64,000 nt of DNA from Diplonema japonicum (lineage: Eukaryota > Protista > Euglenozoa: Diplonemea). Made by a program: the position numbers and the translations under genes. Shown in pieces: positions 60,611-64,000 of this stretch. The notes beneath the pieces are model-generated. The model saw only the letters and a program-made list of their open reading frames with translations, was not told where the DNA came from and ran no database searches. The stretch is taken from NCBI GenBank assembly GCA_964019335.1, contig OZ025732.1:1-64000 (forward strand). Direction: 5' to 3'. The stretch's first letter is position 1; each line of letters starts with the position of its first letter.

Positions 60611-61654
60611 ATACTTGTTTTTTCCACTATCATTACATTTGTATTTTATTTCCCCTTTTCCCCTTCTGCAGTGGCTCCTCCGATGAATGGTAGGAATGCA
60701 CCAGTGCCCTGATAAAAGGGTGGGGAGCCGCAGCGAATGTGAGATATGATGTTGGCTGTGGTTTTATGTTTTTTTTTTCTTTTTTTCACTTTCTTTTATG
60801 AAAAGAAATATTATTGTGTGCAAGTACAGGAAGCATGATAAAAATAAAAATTCGAACAAAAAATAAAATAAAATAGGAGGAATGCTGCAAGTGGAGAAGA
60901 ACAAAACAAAAGCACTCGGGAAGCCCTGGCAAGGACGGCTTGCATATAACGACGAAACACTGAAAGCAGCTGGGGACAAAGCGAGGGATGGATGACCACA
61001 CGTAGCGCAACCTCAGGGGGGCTCAGCGTGCAGGCCTCTTTGGATGACAGCGACCGACGACGATGAGGCCTCGGCCCCACCACCCTGCCCTTCGGGCTGC
61101 ACTGGGGTGTTTCTCAATTGCTTCTGGCAAACCTACTCAAAGCACTACTCCCTCACAGCACCCTAAGATGAACAAACAGCAACACCAGCAACAAAACCTA
61201 CTGGAGTGGCAACAGAAACAAGAGAAGCAAGCAGAGGCGTGGCAACAAGAACAAGAACGAAGACAAGGAGTGCAGCAACGGCTCTGGCAGAAACAACAGA
61301 CACTGTGGCAGGAACAGCAACAACACAGCTGGCAAGAACAACAGGAGGGAATACAACAAAGAAATTGGCAAAAAATACAAAAAGAGCAATGGACCAACGG
61401 AATGAACAAATGAAAACACAGCAGCTACGTCAACAGGAGATGGAAGAGCGGATGATTAGACTGCTGATAACGCTAGAAGTCGAGAAGCCTCAGCCAATCC
61501 CTCCAGTGATACCACAGATCAACCCAAAAACGAGCATGGAACAACCAAAGCAAGTGACAAAACTGCCCCCAACCTATAACAAAAAATCGACGGAGGCAGA
61601 GGTGAGGAGGAAAGTGACGCCAGATAGATGGATGTCTTAGTCCCTGATGAAACC

Positions 61655-61701
<47 letters not shown>

Positions 61702-62084
61702 CCGCAAAAAAATGATATCTGCAAATGCAGCTCATCCAAAACCACCTCATATATTATTGTAGTCATTAATAACTAACAATTCTTAAGCTACAGTTTCTGT
61801 ACTTTATTAGCTGGGTGGGACACAAACGACAAAAAAAATGAGCGGGCAACAGGCACAAGAGATGGCAACGGCAGCAGCGCAGACGTGTCCCGGGGATACC
61901 TCCACGGGGTCAGTGACAGCAGCACCAAGGGGGACACGAAGGACCCCAAGAGTGTACAAAAAGAAAAAAAGTGTAAAGTGCCAAACAACCAGCTTGTGGA
62001 ATGAGAACACCAGTACGGTCATGAGTACCCGGGCAACCGGGTGAGCGTCTCGAGACAAAAAATATAAGAAAAGCAAGCGAACGA

Positions 62085-63390
62085 CCCCTGTTGAATCCCT
62101 ACTAAGGGTAGCCCGGCTCTGGCCAATCGAAGACATGATAGGATATGAGACATCCACATGGTATGAACGATTCCGGAGAATGGAAGGCACCAGCGGACAA
62201 CTGGCGATGCAAGGTGAAGGAAAGGAAGAGCGGTCGTGGCTCCACAAGGCCCGAAAACGAGAGGAAGACCTGAAGATGGAACAATGTCCACGAGCTCCAC
62301 TGCACAGGAAGGCAGCCATCATAGAGTGGAACACGCTGGAGAGGTTGTGCATAAGGACAGAAGGCGAGGGGACAAAGAAGCTGGAAGTGACGAAACAGAG
62401 AACGGCTGCCCTCGAGATGATCGCCAAGCTCCCAAAAGCCGACATCACCGTCTACACCGATGGGTCAGTCGAAGAGGGCAAGGGCGGCGCAGGAATCGTA
62501 ATAGAAAGGGCTGGGGGGACGGCGACGGAGATAAGCGTAGGCGTCTGCAACCTGTGTGACAGTTTCCAAGCAGAGATGAACGCCATCAACACGGCACTAG
62601 CGAGGCTCGTGAAGGAGGACACGCAAGGGACGCAGATCAACCTGCTGACAGACTCTATGGCGTGTCTGCAAAAGCTTAAGCAAGGTCCCGCAAGGCAACA
62701 AGAAGACATGGTGGTCGAGGCATGGCACAACATACACGTGCTGACAACGAGAGGAAACCACCTCACATGCTGCTTTATCCCAGGCCACTGCGGATTAGAA
62801 GGAAACGAGAAGGCAGACCAACTCGCCAGCAACGGCAGAGACAAGGAAGCAACACAGAAGATAAGCATGGGTGTGGCAAAGAACCACCTAAGAAAAGCTG
62901 GGAAGCGGGAAATATTAGCAGGGTTGAACAAGGAAAAGACATACAATAAGTGGGCAGGTAGAACGGAAGCACCGAAGAAGATGGAAGGGCTGAACAGGAA
63001 GGAAGAAGTGCTGATCAACCAGCTAAAGACTGGGCACCATGACCTGCTGAAGGTGGGATACGCCGAGCAGCGAATTTGCGTGAAGTGCGGCCCCAACACG
63101 AAGCGAACCCTCCAACATCTCTTCCTAGACTGTCCGTCATCCAAAGCAAGCAGGGACAAACACTTCGACACCCTGACGCTGAGACACATCCTTGTGGAGA
63201 ACCCACGAAAAGCAATCCGTTGACCTCCTCGTCGGTCATCACCGGTAGCGCCGGAGTAGAAGAACGTATTGCAGATGCTCAGGGTGACGAACAGGCCTAG
63301 AAGAGGCACAGAAGAAAACAAGAAGTACTCGACAAGATCGATGCATGGGCCAAAAGCGGGGAACTTAAACTGTCGTACAAGAAAACCTGC
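62085..63390 (+). mobile_element. LINE family B fragment (duplicate of 49280-50585)
   Basis: ORF 62135-63223 identical to 49330-50418. Confidence 0.88.
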
Positions 63391-63638
63391 TTGAAGGGCA
63401 CCAGGTGGTTGCAATTAAAAAGAACAGCCCCACTCCGTACCCCCTACAGCAGGAAGGCGTGCAACATCGGGGAGTAGCTGTACGGGATGTCCTACGCCAA
63501 GACGTCAGACAACGACGACGACCCTGGGGAGCTTGTTGTGTCTCGATCTTCACCTTCATTTATATATTTCCTCGTTTGCAAGATCACTTTCAAACAGAAA
63601 CACAACAACAAAAATAAAAAAAGAAAAGAAGAAAAGAA

Positions 63639-64000
63639 ATGAACGATATGACAGTGTTCGTGAAGACGGGAGGTGGGGTTCACGATGTGGAAGTGTCGGG
63701 GAAGGAGACGGTGGGGAGCCTGTACAAGAAGGCGGGGTGTGCTGCTGGTTTACTCGAAGGCAGGTTCAAACTGGTTTGGGAGGGTGAGGTCCTTGACAGG
63801 AATGGGGGTGAAGAGCTTCAGCAACTTGCCCTCGTGGAGGGCTCCGTGGTCCATGTGGAGGAGAACAAGAAAACAGTTCATTTGGAAGAGCTGAAGGACG
63901 AGAACTCAGAAGTGGTTTCGGAGCTTGAGGGTCTTGTGTCAGCTGATCCTGAGCTTGTTCTGGTGGTGGAGGTGGGGGACTCTCCAGCTGTCTTGTCCAT
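63639..64000 (+). CDS. Ubl-LRR protein, 5' part (duplicate of 50834), cut by the window end
   Basis: Identical to 50834-51195. Confidence 0.85.
   Translation, partial: MNDMTVFVKTGGGVHDVEVSGKETVGSLYKKAGCAAGLLEGRFKLVWEGEVLDRNGGEELQQLALVEGSVVHVEENKKTVHLEELKDENSEVVSELEGLVSADPELVLVVEVGDSPAVLS

Larger units (their letters stand above)
57800..64000 (+). repeat. Near-identical direct duplication of 44995-51195 (offset 12805), running off the window
   Basis: All ORFs recur with identical translations at +12805, including poly(A) tracts and the 6-bp deletion. Confidence 0.95.

Overview
Eukaryotic DNA, most likely a euglenozoan protist (inferred from Ingi/L1Tc-like LINEs with a 2A-like peptide, VIPER-like W(I/L)DN RT fragments and at least one GT-AG intron). 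It looks like a chromosome end or subtelomere. The window opens with about 1.65 kb of (TTTGCGGG)n, G-rich strand pointing inward, fused to a 5'-truncated APE-RT-RNase H LINE. The rest is an almost entirely + strand mosaic of four parts: (i) fragments of a second I/Ingi-like LINE family; (ii) a Penelope-like element (PLE) with N-terminal GIY-YIG, RT, and an unusual C-terminal Josephin-like cysteine protease domain plus a degenerate duplicate of it; (iii) about 10 copies and several orphan cassettes of a ubiquitin-like + 25-aa LRR gene family with a near-invariant N-terminus and hypervariable LRR positions; (iv) a near-identical duplication of at least 6.2 kb (44995-51195 = 57800-64000) that starts at a PLE truncation point. 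Also present: a circularly permuted 5S rRNA fragment, two tRNA-like sequences, a palindromic MITE-like element and a disrupted P-loop NTPase gene. All family assignments come from reading motifs by eye; no searches were run.
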